Of a DNA stretch of 64,000 nt, positions 46,935 to 55,839 are shown piece by piece. The position numbers and the translations under genes were made by a program. The DNA lies in contig CAVOYH010000004.1 of assembly GCA_963700635.1 (NCBI GenBank), positions 896,001 through 960,000 of the forward strand. Direction: 5' to 3'. The DNA comes from an uncultured Bacteroidota bacterium (GTDB lineage Bacteria > Bacteroidota > Ignavibacteria > UBA10030 > UBA6906). The number at the start of each line of letters is the position of its first letter. Position 1 is the first letter of the stretch. The notes beneath the pieces are model-generated. The model was not told the origin of the DNA. It saw nothing but the letters and a program-made list of their open reading frames with translations, and searched no databases.

Positions 46935-48056
46935 TTAATCAAATTGGGCATGGATCAGAATGTCTGCATCGATTCGTCGTACCGAAAGAGTGGCCGCATC
47001 TTTTGATACCGCCTTGAGCATGGTCGACCCGAAGGCCACCGGCCCCCCGGCACCTATCCGGGGTGCAATAAACAGACTTAGCTCGTCTATGAATCCACCC
47101 TCCACGAACTGCCGGAATACCTCTCCTCCGCCCTCCACAAGTAAGGACCCCATATGCTCCTGATACAACCGTTCCAGCAGATCTGCGATGTTGATTTTTC
47201 CGTTACGACCCGGCAGTGGTACTATGATTACCCCCCGGTTTTCGAGCCTGCGGAGCGCCCGTTGTTTTGTTCGTGCTGCACGCACGGTCGTGCAGACAAA
47301 CACCCTCCTCTTTCTTGCACTCCCGAACACGCGCGCCGATTCCGGGAGACTCAAACTTCCGTCCAGGATGACGACATCCGGGCTTACACCTTTAACTCCG
47401 CGGACATTCAGCCGTGGATTGTCAATCAGGACCGTCCGCGCCCCCACGAGCACAGCATCGTGATCGGCGCGCAGCGTATGCACCAGCAGCCGGGCACGGC
47501 CGCCCGTTATCCAGCGCCGCGTGTCGCCCGGAACGGATATCCGGCCGTCCAGCGTCTGCGCCACCTTGATATGGATGTAGGGCCGGGAGTGTACAATCGA
47601 GCGAGCATATCTCCGGTTCAACAGTTCCGCTTCCGCTTGTTTCAGGCCGACCTCAACACGCTTCCCGGCCCGACGCAGCAGGGTAATACCTTTTCCGGCT
47701 ACCAGTGGATTGGGATCCTTCATGGCGATGACGATATGCGGGATAGGAGTCATTGCAAGGAGCGGTGCGCACGCAGGCGTCTTCCCGTAATGACTGCATG
47801 GCTCGAGCGTGACGTACAGGGTGGTGTCTTCAAGTGAGCCCTTGAACTTTGCCAGACACTCCACCTCGGCATGTGGACCCCCATAATAGCGGTGGTATCC
47901 ACGCGCGACGATGATGCCCCGTTTGACGAGCACGGCACCGACCATGGGATTCGGGCTTACGCTGTGCCCCCCCTTCGAGGCAAGCCGCAGCGCCTCCTGC
48001 ATGAACCGATCAGACGATTTGTCCGGCCCCTGTGATTTCTGTTTACCTGGCGTCAT
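46935..48056 (-). CDS. ribD: Bifunctional deaminase/reductase RibD
   Basis: 'PNPMVGAV', 'HAE', 'TLEPCSHYGKTPAC', 'AQTLDG', 'LVEGG'. Confidence 0.96.
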   Translation of the reverse strand: MTPGKQKSQGPDKSSDRFMQEALRLASKGGHSVSPNPMVGAVLVKRGIIVARGYHRYYGGPHAEVECLAKFKGSLEDTTLYVTLEPCSHYGKTPACAPLLAMTPIPHIVIAMKDPNPLVAGKGITLLRRAGKRVEVGLKQAEAELLNRRYARSIVHSRPYIHIKVAQTLDGRISVPGDTRRWITGGRARLLVHTLRADHDAVLVGARTVLIDNPRLNVRGVKGVSPDVVILDGSLSLPESARVFGSARKRRVFVCTTVRAARTKQRALRRLENRGVIIVPLPGRNGKINIADLLERLYQEHMGSLLVEGGGEVFRQFVEGGFIDELSLFIAPRIGAGGPVAFGSTMLKAVSKDAATLSVRRIDADILIHAQFD

Positions 48057-49492
48057 CGTTTTAGGGTAAATGAAAAGTCGCTTCCTTTTCCCACCGTACT
48101 TCGTACCCCGATCGTTCCATCATGTGCTTCGACAATATGCTTGACAATGGCAAGCCCCAGGCCGGTTCCTCCCACGTCACGCGCCCGGTCCTTGTCGACG
48201 CGGTAGAATCGTTCGAATATGCGATTCATCTGATTTTCTGCAATGCCCCGCCCCGTGTCGGAAACCGTTATCGTAGCCAGATGGTTCGCAAGCTCAGTCC
48301 GCACCTCGATCGTGCCTCCGGAATCGGTGTACTTGATTGCGTTCTCCACAAGATTGACCATCACCTGTTTCAGCCGCTCCCTGTCTCCGTACACCTTCTC
48401 CTGGTCGTCCGGCAGATCTGCAAGGATGAGCGCGATCCCCTTACGTTCTGCCAGCGGGCGCATGTCATCGGCCACAAGCTCCAGGAATTCCCGGACAGGA
48501 AAGTACCGGTGACTCATTTTCATTTCGCCTGATTCTATACGCGAGATCTCAATAAGATCATTCAAGAGGTCGTTCAACCGTTCAGCATGCCGGTGGGCCT
48601 TCGCCAGGAATTCGCGGTTCACGGCGGGATCATCCACAGCCCCGTCGATGAGGGTTTCAAGGAATCCCTGGATCGAAAATATCGGCGTTCGGAGTTCGTG
48701 CGAAACATTTGCCAGAAACTCACTGCGTACGCGTTCGAGTTTCCGGAGCCGCTCAATATCATTGCTCAGGGTTTCCGCCATCCTGTTAATTGCTGTGCCC
48801 AGTGAACCAATCTCGTCGTGAGACGAGGCGGGTACCCGGACTTTCAGATTGCCCCCCGTTATGGCTTCTGCCGTTTGGGCAATGTCCAGAATCGGTCGCG
48901 TGATCCGGCGTGCCATGTGAATACTTACTGCCGCGACGAACAGGATTGCGAGCAGGCCAACCAGCCAGCCCGCGGCCTGCACCCTCTCATCCAGCTCCCT
49001 TGCCTCTACGGCAGGCAGCGCGAGCCTGACGAAACCCGAATCCAATGCGGGGTTTGAAGGCACCATGATTCGCTTTGCGGCATAAAGAAACTCTCTGGCC
49101 AAGGAGTTGCTGAACCGGAGAGCCGTACCGACCCTCCCGTCACGCGCGGCATTAATTTCGGGGCGATCCTTGTGGTTCTCCAGGAAGGTAAGGGAGTCAC
49201 GCGGGATCCCTGTGTCAAAAAGAACACGCCCGTCTTTGTCAATGAGGCTCACGCGGACTCCGAGCGCGCGGGCAAAAGTCAGGAAGGCGCTGTCATCGCT
49301 TCCCTGCAGGCTACCGGATTGGCCTCGATCGGCACATTGTTGTGCCAGCAACGACACTTGTGCAGTCAGTGTCGCAGTGGCTCGCGCTTCGAGGAATTTC
49401 TTGATTTGCCAGGAGGAAAGAAGACTGACGAGGAGAACGACGGCAACAGTGAGGGTGATGTATGTGGCGGCTATACGGGTGCGGAGTCTCAT
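48053..49492 (-). CDS. PhoR-like sensor histidine kinase with HAMP domain
   Basis: 'ENHKDRPEI', HAMP, 'FLANVSHELRTP', 'FERFYRVDK.R.R..GGTGLGL'. Confidence 0.9.
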   Translation of the reverse strand: MRLRTRIAATYITLTVAVVLLVSLLSSWQIKKFLEARATATLTAQVSLLAQQCADRGQSGSLQGSDDSAFLTFARALGVRVSLIDKDGRVLFDTGIPRDSLTFLENHKDRPEINAARDGRVGTALRFSNSLAREFLYAAKRIMVPSNPALDSGFVRLALPAVEARELDERVQAAGWLVGLLAILFVAAVSIHMARRITRPILDIAQTAEAITGGNLKVRVPASSHDEIGSLGTAINRMAETLSNDIERLRKLERVRSEFLANVSHELRTPIFSIQGFLETLIDGAVDDPAVNREFLAKAHRHAERLNDLLNDLIEISRIESGEMKMSHRYFPVREFLELVADDMRPLAERKGIALILADLPDDQEKVYGDRERLKQVMVNLVENAIKYTDSGGTIEVRTELANHLATITVSDTGRGIAENQMNRIFERFYRVDKDRARDVGGTGLGLAIVKHIVEAHDGTIGVRSTVGKGSDFSFTLKR

Positions 49493-49510
49493 CGGCTGGA
49501 ACTGGCAGTC

Positions 49511-50212
49511 CTACGCTTTATACCTGTAACCCACGCCTTTGATGGTCTCGATCATATCGGCGTCATGCCCGAGCTTTTCCCTGATTTTCCGAATATGCAC
49601 GTCCACAGTCCGGTCGATGACCACAACTTCGCTTCCCCAGATGTTACGAAGCAGCATTTCGCGGGAAAAGACTTTTCCGGGATGAGAAGCAAGCAGGGCA
49701 AGAATTTCAAATTCTTTCCGCGGAAAGAACACTTCTTTCTTTCCGTGTCGGACGGTATAGCTACGCCGGTCAATTTCCAGGCGCCCGATTTTGATGGGGG
49801 GTGGGTCGGACGATTCCTCCGCATGCTGCTCGCGCCGCCTGAGGGCAGCCTTCACGCGCGCAACGAGTTTCCGCGGGCTGATCGGTTTCTGAATATAGTC
49901 GTCCGCCCCCAGTTCCAATCCCAGAACCTCATCCACTTCGCTAGGACTGGCCGTGAGAAAGACCACCGGCACAGATGCTGTGGCTGGGGTGTTCTTCAGC
50001 CTCCTGCATGTTTCAAAGCCGTCGAGTACCGGCATCATAAGATCCAAAATGACAAGGTCCGTGCCCGGCCCGGCCCTGGCCAGGGCCTCCCCGCCATTGT
50101 TGGCCGTGGACACCGCGTACCCTTCTTTGGTCAGATTGTAACGGATGAGATCAACGATATCCTGTTCGTCATCGACCACGAGGATATGTTTTTTCTTGAC
50201 CGCTGAGGTCAT
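49511..50212 (-). CDS. PhoB/PhoP-like OmpR response regulator
   Basis: 'VVDDE', 'ILDLMMP', 'GADDY..KP', 'RTVDVHIRKIREKL'. Confidence 0.93.
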   Translation of the reverse strand: MTSAVKKKHILVVDDEQDIVDLIRYNLTKEGYAVSTANNGGEALARAGPGTDLVILDLMMPVLDGFETCRRLKNTPATASVPVVFLTASPSEVDEVLGLELGADDYIQKPISPRKLVARVKAALRRREQHAEESSDPPPIKIGRLEIDRRSYTVRHGKKEVFFPRKEFEILALLASHPGKVFSREMLLRNIWGSEVVVIDRTVDVHIRKIREKLGHDADMIETIKGVGYRYKA

Positions 50213-51216
50213 TTACTGATCGCAATTTCCTTCCCGCTTTTCGCGGAGCGATAGACGGCATCAACGATGCGCATGCGTTGCACGGCTTCTTCGCCGGTCG
50301 AGACGACCGGATGGAGACCCTTGACGGCTCCCAGAAAATGTTTGAGTTCGTTCTCGTACGACCGCCGGAAGAGCTGTTGCGGAGAATCAAGTTTCGCCGG
50401 TGCAAGATTGACGAGGTTCCCGTGGAATTCCTTGTTGATCGTGAGGGGAGACAGACTCGCGCTTCCGTCACTGCCATGAACATAGCAGTAGTACAGATCG
50501 TCCGCAAGGCACATGGACCAGCTCACCTCGATATTCACCGTCGCACCTGATTTGAGGAAGAGGTTTGCGACCGAGGTATCCTCGACCTGTTTCGACCGGT
50601 TGCTGTAGTTGCTCGCCCGGAGCCGGACGACCTCGGGGTATCCCATCATCCAGAGTGCCATATCCAGCATCACTATTCCGAGATCAATAAAAACGCCGCC
50701 GCCCGACTTTTCCTTCTGTGTAATCCAGGCCCTGTCAAAATTGAACTTGCGCAGCCATCCAACCCTGGTGTAGAAGATTTTCCCGAGTTCTTTGCCTTCG
50801 ATAAAGCTTTTCAGAATCATGATGTCCGGCCGGAACCGGTGATTCATTCCCACCATCAATTTGTTTTTTGATTCGCGGGCAGCTGATGTAATCGCCACTG
50901 CTTCCTGGTAGGTCCGGGCAATAGGCTTTTCGACTAGCACGTCCTTGCCGGCCTTGAAGCATGCCAGCGCCACCTCCAGATGGGCATCGGTGGATGTGCA
51001 GACCACAACGGCATCGAGGCCGTTCTGCGCCAGCATCTGATCCAGATCGGTGTATTGGCGGGTGATTCCGAATTTTTCTCCAACAAGCCGTACGCGGGCC
51101 TTGTCCCGGTCACAGATCGCCACAACGGAAGCTTCCGGGAGTTTCATCAGTATGGGCAGGTGGATGACCTGTGCGATCCAGCCAACACCGACGACGCCTA
51201 TCCTGACTTTGTCCAT
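50209..51216 (-). CDS. Gfo/Idh/MocA oxidoreductase
   Basis: 'GVVGVG', 'VLVEKP', 'SGGGV..DLG'. Confidence 0.92.
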   Translation of the reverse strand: MDKVRIGVVGVGWIAQVIHLPILMKLPEASVVAICDRDKARVRLVGEKFGITRQYTDLDQMLAQNGLDAVVVCTSTDAHLEVALACFKAGKDVLVEKPIARTYQEAVAITSAARESKNKLMVGMNHRFRPDIMILKSFIEGKELGKIFYTRVGWLRKFNFDRAWITQKEKSGGGVFIDLGIVMLDMALWMMGYPEVVRLRASNYSNRSKQVEDTSVANLFLKSGATVNIEVSWSMCLADDLYYCYVHGSDGSASLSPLTINKEFHGNLVNLAPAKLDSPQQLFRRSYENELKHFLGAVKGLHPVVSTGEEAVQRMRIVDAVYRSAKSGKEIAISK

Positions 51217-51219
51217 GTG

Positions 51220-53136
51220 TTATCCAGCAATATGAGGAGTTGATACTGAGAGGACTGAACGTACAACGGCGGCAATGCCCTGAGCGTCAAGCCCGAGTTC
51301 TGCCGCGAGTTCCGAGGGCGAACCATGATCCACAAAACGGTCAGGCACGCCGTGTACCGTGATCTGCAGATCCTTGTGCGCTTTGGGCGCATAATATTCA
51401 CAGACAGCGCTCCCGAACCCGCCGAGGACAGAGTTGTCTTCGAGCGTTACCACACGACTAAATCGACCGGCGATGCTGTCAAGGAGCGCGGTATCAAGGG
51501 GTTTTACGAAGCGTACGTTGACGACCTCGCATTCAACCCCTTCAGATGCAAGAAGCGCCGCAGACTGGAGTGCCGGATCTACAAGCTCCCCGACAGCGAG
51601 CAGGGCGATGTCGCTGCCGGTACGCACGGTTTCTGATTTCCCGATCGGCACCGGTGCAAACCCGCTTTTCATTGGCACGCCGAGACCGCTTCCCCGGGGA
51701 TACCGTAGCGCAATGGGGCCCCCTTCGTAGGTCACCGCAGTGTACAGCATGTCGCGCAACTCGTTTTCGTCTTTCGGCGACATGATCACCATGCCCGGAA
51801 TTGCCCGCAGGTAGCTCAGGTCAAATACACCGTGATGGGTGGGGCCGTCGGCTCCGACCACGCCGGAACGGTCAAGCGCGAAAACAACATGCAAATGCTG
51901 CAATGCCACGTCATGGATGATCTGATCAAACGCACGCTGCAGAAAGGATGAATAGATCGCCACGATCGGAATACATCCCTGCGTGGCAAGTCCTGCCGCG
52001 AATGTTACGCCGTGTTGTTCCGCGATTCCGACATCGTAGAAACGGTCAGGCATCTCCCGTTGGAGTTGATCCAGGCCGGTGCCATCAGGCATGGCCGCGG
52101 TTATTGCCACAAGATTGGGTGTCTGTTGTGCAAGTTGTACGACGGCCGCACCAAAGACCGCCGTGTATGCCGGAGGCCCGGCGGATTTTTTCGGGGACTG
52201 CCCGGTGACCTTGTCAAAAGGCGTGACGCCATGGAGCCGCTGGACGTCCTGTTCCGCAGGCTTGTACCCTTTCCCCTTCTGCGTCAGAGTATGAACGAGG
52301 ATAGGGCCGTCGAGGTTGCGGACTTCTTTGAAAATACGAACAAGCTGCGAAATGTTGTGGCCATTGATCGGGCCAAAATACCGGAATCCAAGTGCTTCAA
52401 AAAGCATTCCCGGCGTAATGACAACTTTGATGCCGCCTTCCAGGCGCGACGCTGCCTTGCGGATCCGATCACCCCAGTGATCAAGCTTCCCTGTCAATTC
52501 ATACACATTCTTTTTCAAACGGTTGTACCGCGGATCGGCGATCAGTTCTGTAAAGTAATTGGAGATCGCCCATACGTTCGGAGCAATGGACATGTTGTTG
52601 TCGTTCAAGACGACGATCATATCCTTCTTCATGATCCCGGCATTGTTCATCCCCTCATACACCATCCCCCCCGTCATGGATCCGTCGCCCACGATCGCGA
52701 CAACTTTGTAGTCGCCGCCCGTGGTTTCCCGGGCCGCCACCATGCCGAGCGCAGCAGAGATCGCCGTGCTTGCGTGGCCTGCGCCAAACGTATCGTATGC
52801 ACTCTCGGAACGCTTCAGGAAGCCGCTCAATCCCTTGTAACGGCGGATGGTATCAAGCCGGTCCTTCCGGCCCGTGAGAATCTTATGCGGATAGGCCTGG
52901 TGTCCAACGTCCCAGACAAGCTTGTCTTCAGGCGTGTTGAACGCGTAGTGCAGGGCAACGGAAAGCTCAACGGCTCCCAGGCCGGCTCCAAGATGACCGC
53001 CGGTCCGGGAGATTACCTCAATAAGGAACTCCCGGACATCATGACAGAGCCCTTTTAGTTCAGCGACATCAAGACGACGGAGATCTTCAGGCAGATTAAC
53101 ACGATCAAGATAAGGGTAGGACTGTTCTGTGTTCAT
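51220..53136 (-). CDS. dxs: 1-deoxy-D-xylulose-5-phosphate synthase
   Basis: 'WDVGHQAYPHKILTGR', 'GDGSMTGG', 'DVGIAEQH', 'YSSFLQRAFDQ', 'DGPTHHG'. Confidence 0.98.
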   Translation of the reverse strand: MNTEQSYPYLDRVNLPEDLRRLDVAELKGLCHDVREFLIEVISRTGGHLGAGLGAVELSVALHYAFNTPEDKLVWDVGHQAYPHKILTGRKDRLDTIRRYKGLSGFLKRSESAYDTFGAGHASTAISAALGMVAARETTGGDYKVVAIVGDGSMTGGMVYEGMNNAGIMKKDMIVVLNDNNMSIAPNVWAISNYFTELIADPRYNRLKKNVYELTGKLDHWGDRIRKAASRLEGGIKVVITPGMLFEALGFRYFGPINGHNISQLVRIFKEVRNLDGPILVHTLTQKGKGYKPAEQDVQRLHGVTPFDKVTGQSPKKSAGPPAYTAVFGAAVVQLAQQTPNLVAITAAMPDGTGLDQLQREMPDRFYDVGIAEQHGVTFAAGLATQGCIPIVAIYSSFLQRAFDQIIHDVALQHLHVVFALDRSGVVGADGPTHHGVFDLSYLRAIPGMVIMSPKDENELRDMLYTAVTYEGGPIALRYPRGSGLGVPMKSGFAPVPIGKSETVRTGSDIALLAVGELVDPALQSAALLASEGVECEVVNVRFVKPLDTALLDSIAGRFSRVVTLEDNSVLGGFGSAVCEYYAPKAHKDLQITVHGVPDRFVDHGSPSELAAELGLDAQGIAAVVRSVLSVSTPHIAG

Positions 53137-53378
53137 TCGGTTTCTTCATCTGTCAGAGTAAAATTGCCGTCCAGATCTTTCCCCAGCTTCTTCAGCGTCA
53201 CCTCGGCCTGGGAGAGCCGTTCGGCACAGATCCTGGAAAGTCCGATACCTTCTTCGTACAACCGGAGCGAATCCTCTAATGGAACATCTCCCTGATCCAG
53301 CTGGTTCACTATATCCTCAAGCCGGCGCAGGGTTTCTTCAAAGGATGGTTTCGAAGAGGGAGTCTTCTTGGTTGCCAT
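53133..53378 (-). CDS. xseB: Exodeoxyribonuclease VII small subunit
   Basis: 'SFEE.L.RLE.IV..L..G.V.LE.SL.LYEEG'. Confidence 0.96.
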   Translation of the reverse strand: MATKKTPSSKPSFEETLRRLEDIVNQLDQGDVPLEDSLRLYEEGIGLSRICAERLSQAEVTLKKLGKDLDGNFTLTDEETE

Positions 53379-53380
53379 GG

Positions 53381-54570
53381 CTACACGTCCGAAATAGTGG
53401 AGCGAACCCGACCGTCCGAAAATTCAATTTCCACCGCATCGTCTTTGCGCAACACGGTCCGTGAACCCACAATGAGCCCTTTTTTGCGCACGATGGTATA
53501 TCCCCGCCTCAGGACCAGCTCCGGGTTGAGCGCGGAGAGGCGTTCTTCCACACCCTTCATACGAGCCGCGGTGAGTTTGTAACGATGGATGAGGGATGTG
53601 GACATGGTGCGGCTCAACTCGTCTATGTGCTGGCTGTGCCGCCGAAGCAGGTCGATCGGCCGGTGGAACGCGTGACTCTTCAGGAGGTGAAGGATGTGCG
53701 TCCGGCTCACCGTAATACGCGAAGCGAGCGCCTGGTGCATAGTATACCGAGAATTCCGGAGAACTTCAAGAATTGCCTTACGATCCGGCACCACGAGGGC
53801 CGCTGCGGCGGTGGGAGTGGGCGCCCGTACATCAGCGACAAAGTCTGCGATGGTATAATCCACTTCGTGGCCGACGGCACTTACGATGGGAATTCTGGAA
53901 GCGGCGATCGCTCTCGCCACCCGTTCTTCGTTAAAGGGCCACAAATCTTCAAGTGACCCCCCCCGCGTGCCAGAATGATTAGATCCAGCTTCTTGTACAC
54001 GTTAAGGTCACCTATAGCCCTCGCAATATCCTCCGCTGCACCTGTTCCCTGCACTCTGGCAGGCCGGAATGTCAGGGTCACCGCGGGAAATCTCTGCCCG
54101 AATACATGCAGCATATCGTGGAGCACCGCCCCGGTGGGTGACGTAATGATCCCGATCCTCTCAGGATACTCGGGAAGAGGCTTCTTTCTGCCGGCATCAA
54201 ACAGTCCTTCTGCAGAGAGCTTACGTTTGAGTTCTTCGAAGGCACGCTGGAGATCCCCCTCACCCAGCGGACGCATCGTGGACACGTCAATCTGATACGT
54301 GCCACGTACGTCATACACGCTCAGCCGGCCGGTCACCACCACCTTCATGCCATCCAGCGGCCGAAACGCCAGCGTGGGGACTCTGCTACGCCACATGACG
54401 CCGGAAATCTGGGATACCTCATCCTTCAGGGTAAAATAATGATGGCCCGAAGAGTGCTGCTTATAGTTTGAGAGCTCCCCGACAACGGCAAGCGAGGGAA
54501 ATCCTTTCTCAAGGGAAAGCTTTATTCTCTGCGTGAGAGCGGATACGGTAAGGGGTGTTGCGTCTGTCAT
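53381..54570 (-). pseudogene. xseA: Exodeoxyribonuclease VII large subunit, frameshifted in a G-run (likely sequence error)
   Basis: 'SGHHYFTLKD', 'IITSPTGA', 'ARGGG' then other frame '[11 protein letters not shown]', 'SAVGHEVD', 'RAPTPTAAA'; G8 where G9 restores the frame. Confidence 0.92.
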
Positions 54571-54644
54571 GCTGGCGATTCAGGAATACTCTGACGGTCG
54601 GGTAATGAAGAAGAATATAGGGAATTCCCTGATAAAGGTCATGG

Positions 54645-54673
54645 TTGAATTGTAGTGCGAAAGAATGTATATT
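54645..54673 (+). promoter_or_regulatory. bshB1 promoter
   Basis: TTGAAT-17-TATATT ending 7 nt before the ATG. Confidence 0.55.
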
Positions 54674-54680
54674 TTACGCC

Positions 54681-55400
54681 ATGACTATCGACGTTCTTGC
54701 TGTCGGCGCACATCCTGATGACATCGAACTCTCCTGCGGGGGCACCATTATCAAACTGGTGCGCCAGGGCCGGCGGGTGGGGATTGCTGATCTCACACAA
54801 GGCGAGCTGGGCACGCGCGGGTCCCGGGAGATTCGGGCGGAGGAAGCCCGTGCTGCTGCGGAGGTGATGGGAATTCACTACCGCAAGAACCTAACAATCC
54901 CGGATGGGAATATTGATACAACGCCGGATCATGTGATCCGGCTTGTGACTGTACTCCGCGCTGTCCGCCCCCAGGTGCTCCTCATCCCCCATTCACTTGA
55001 CCGGCACCCGGACCATGAAAGTGCACACGCTCTCTGCCGGAAAGCATGGTTCGATTCAGGTCTTCGGCGTATCGAAACATCGGAAGATGGAAAACAACAG
55101 GAGGCATTCCGGCCGCGGGCAGTGTATCACTACATGCAGTGGCACGAATTTACGCCGTCGTTCATCGTGGACGTCAGTGACACCTTTGAACAACGCGTCG
55201 CAGCGATGCAGGCGTACCGTTCGCAGTTCTACGACCCGGAGAGTGACCAACCCGGCACCATTCTGAGCACTCCTGACTTCCTGGACATGGTGCGCACACG
55301 GCTGGAATACTACGGAGACAGGATCGGCAAGAAATACGGCGAACCCTTCTACTCACCCGCGCCGGTCGAGATTCAGGATCTTTTTCTGCTCAACGCCTGA
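54681..55400 (+). CDS. bshB1: Bacillithiol biosynthesis deacetylase
   Basis: 'GAHPDDIELSCGGT', 'DLTQGELGTRG', 'DRHPDH', 'AYRSQF'. Confidence 0.92.
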   Translation: MTIDVLAVGAHPDDIELSCGGTIIKLVRQGRRVGIADLTQGELGTRGSREIRAEEARAAAEVMGIHYRKNLTIPDGNIDTTPDHVIRLVTVLRAVRPQVLLIPHSLDRHPDHESAHALCRKAWFDSGLRRIETSEDGKQQEAFRPRAVYHYMQWHEFTPSFIVDVSDTFEQRVAAMQAYRSQFYDPESDQPGTILSTPDFLDMVRTRLEYYGDRIGKKYGEPFYSPAPVEIQDLFLLNA

Positions 55401-55401
55401 C

Positions 55402-55839
55402 ATGACGCCGCTCCACCCCTTTCTCGTCCATTTCCCCATCGCGTTGCTGACCCTGGCCTTCTGCGCTGACGTGATCGCAGTCGTGCGGCGCACCCCGACG
55501 GCGTATTCAGTGGGATGGTGGAATATGTTTGCAGGTACCGCCGGACTTCTGGCAACGGTGATCAGCGGCCTCGTGGCCAAAGAACATGCCGGCGTCCTCA
55601 CCGGATTGGCTTCGGAAAGTCTCTCTTCTCACGAACAATTTGCCTTCGCAAGTGCGGCGGGATTTCTGTTCCTTCTCTTCTGGCGTTCCGCAAACAGAAC
55701 CGCCATTCCCCCCGGACTACCGCGTGTGTATCTCCTTCTCTCCGCCGGGGCCCTCTCGTTGCTCTGGCTCACGGCGTGGTTCGGTGGGGAACTCGTGTAT
55801 CTGTTCGGCATCGGGGTCGTCGTGAAGCCCGCCCCGTAG
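55402..55839 (+). CDS. DUF2231 membrane protein
   Basis: 'LHP..VHFPIAL', 'H' mid-protein, 'GGELVY..G.GV'. Confidence 0.9.
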   Translation: MTPLHPFLVHFPIALLTLAFCADVIAVVRRTPTAYSVGWWNMFAGTAGLLATVISGLVAKEHAGVLTGLASESLSSHEQFAFASAAGFLFLLFWRSANRTAIPPGLPRVYLLLSAGALSLLWLTAWFGGELVYLFGIGVVVKPAP

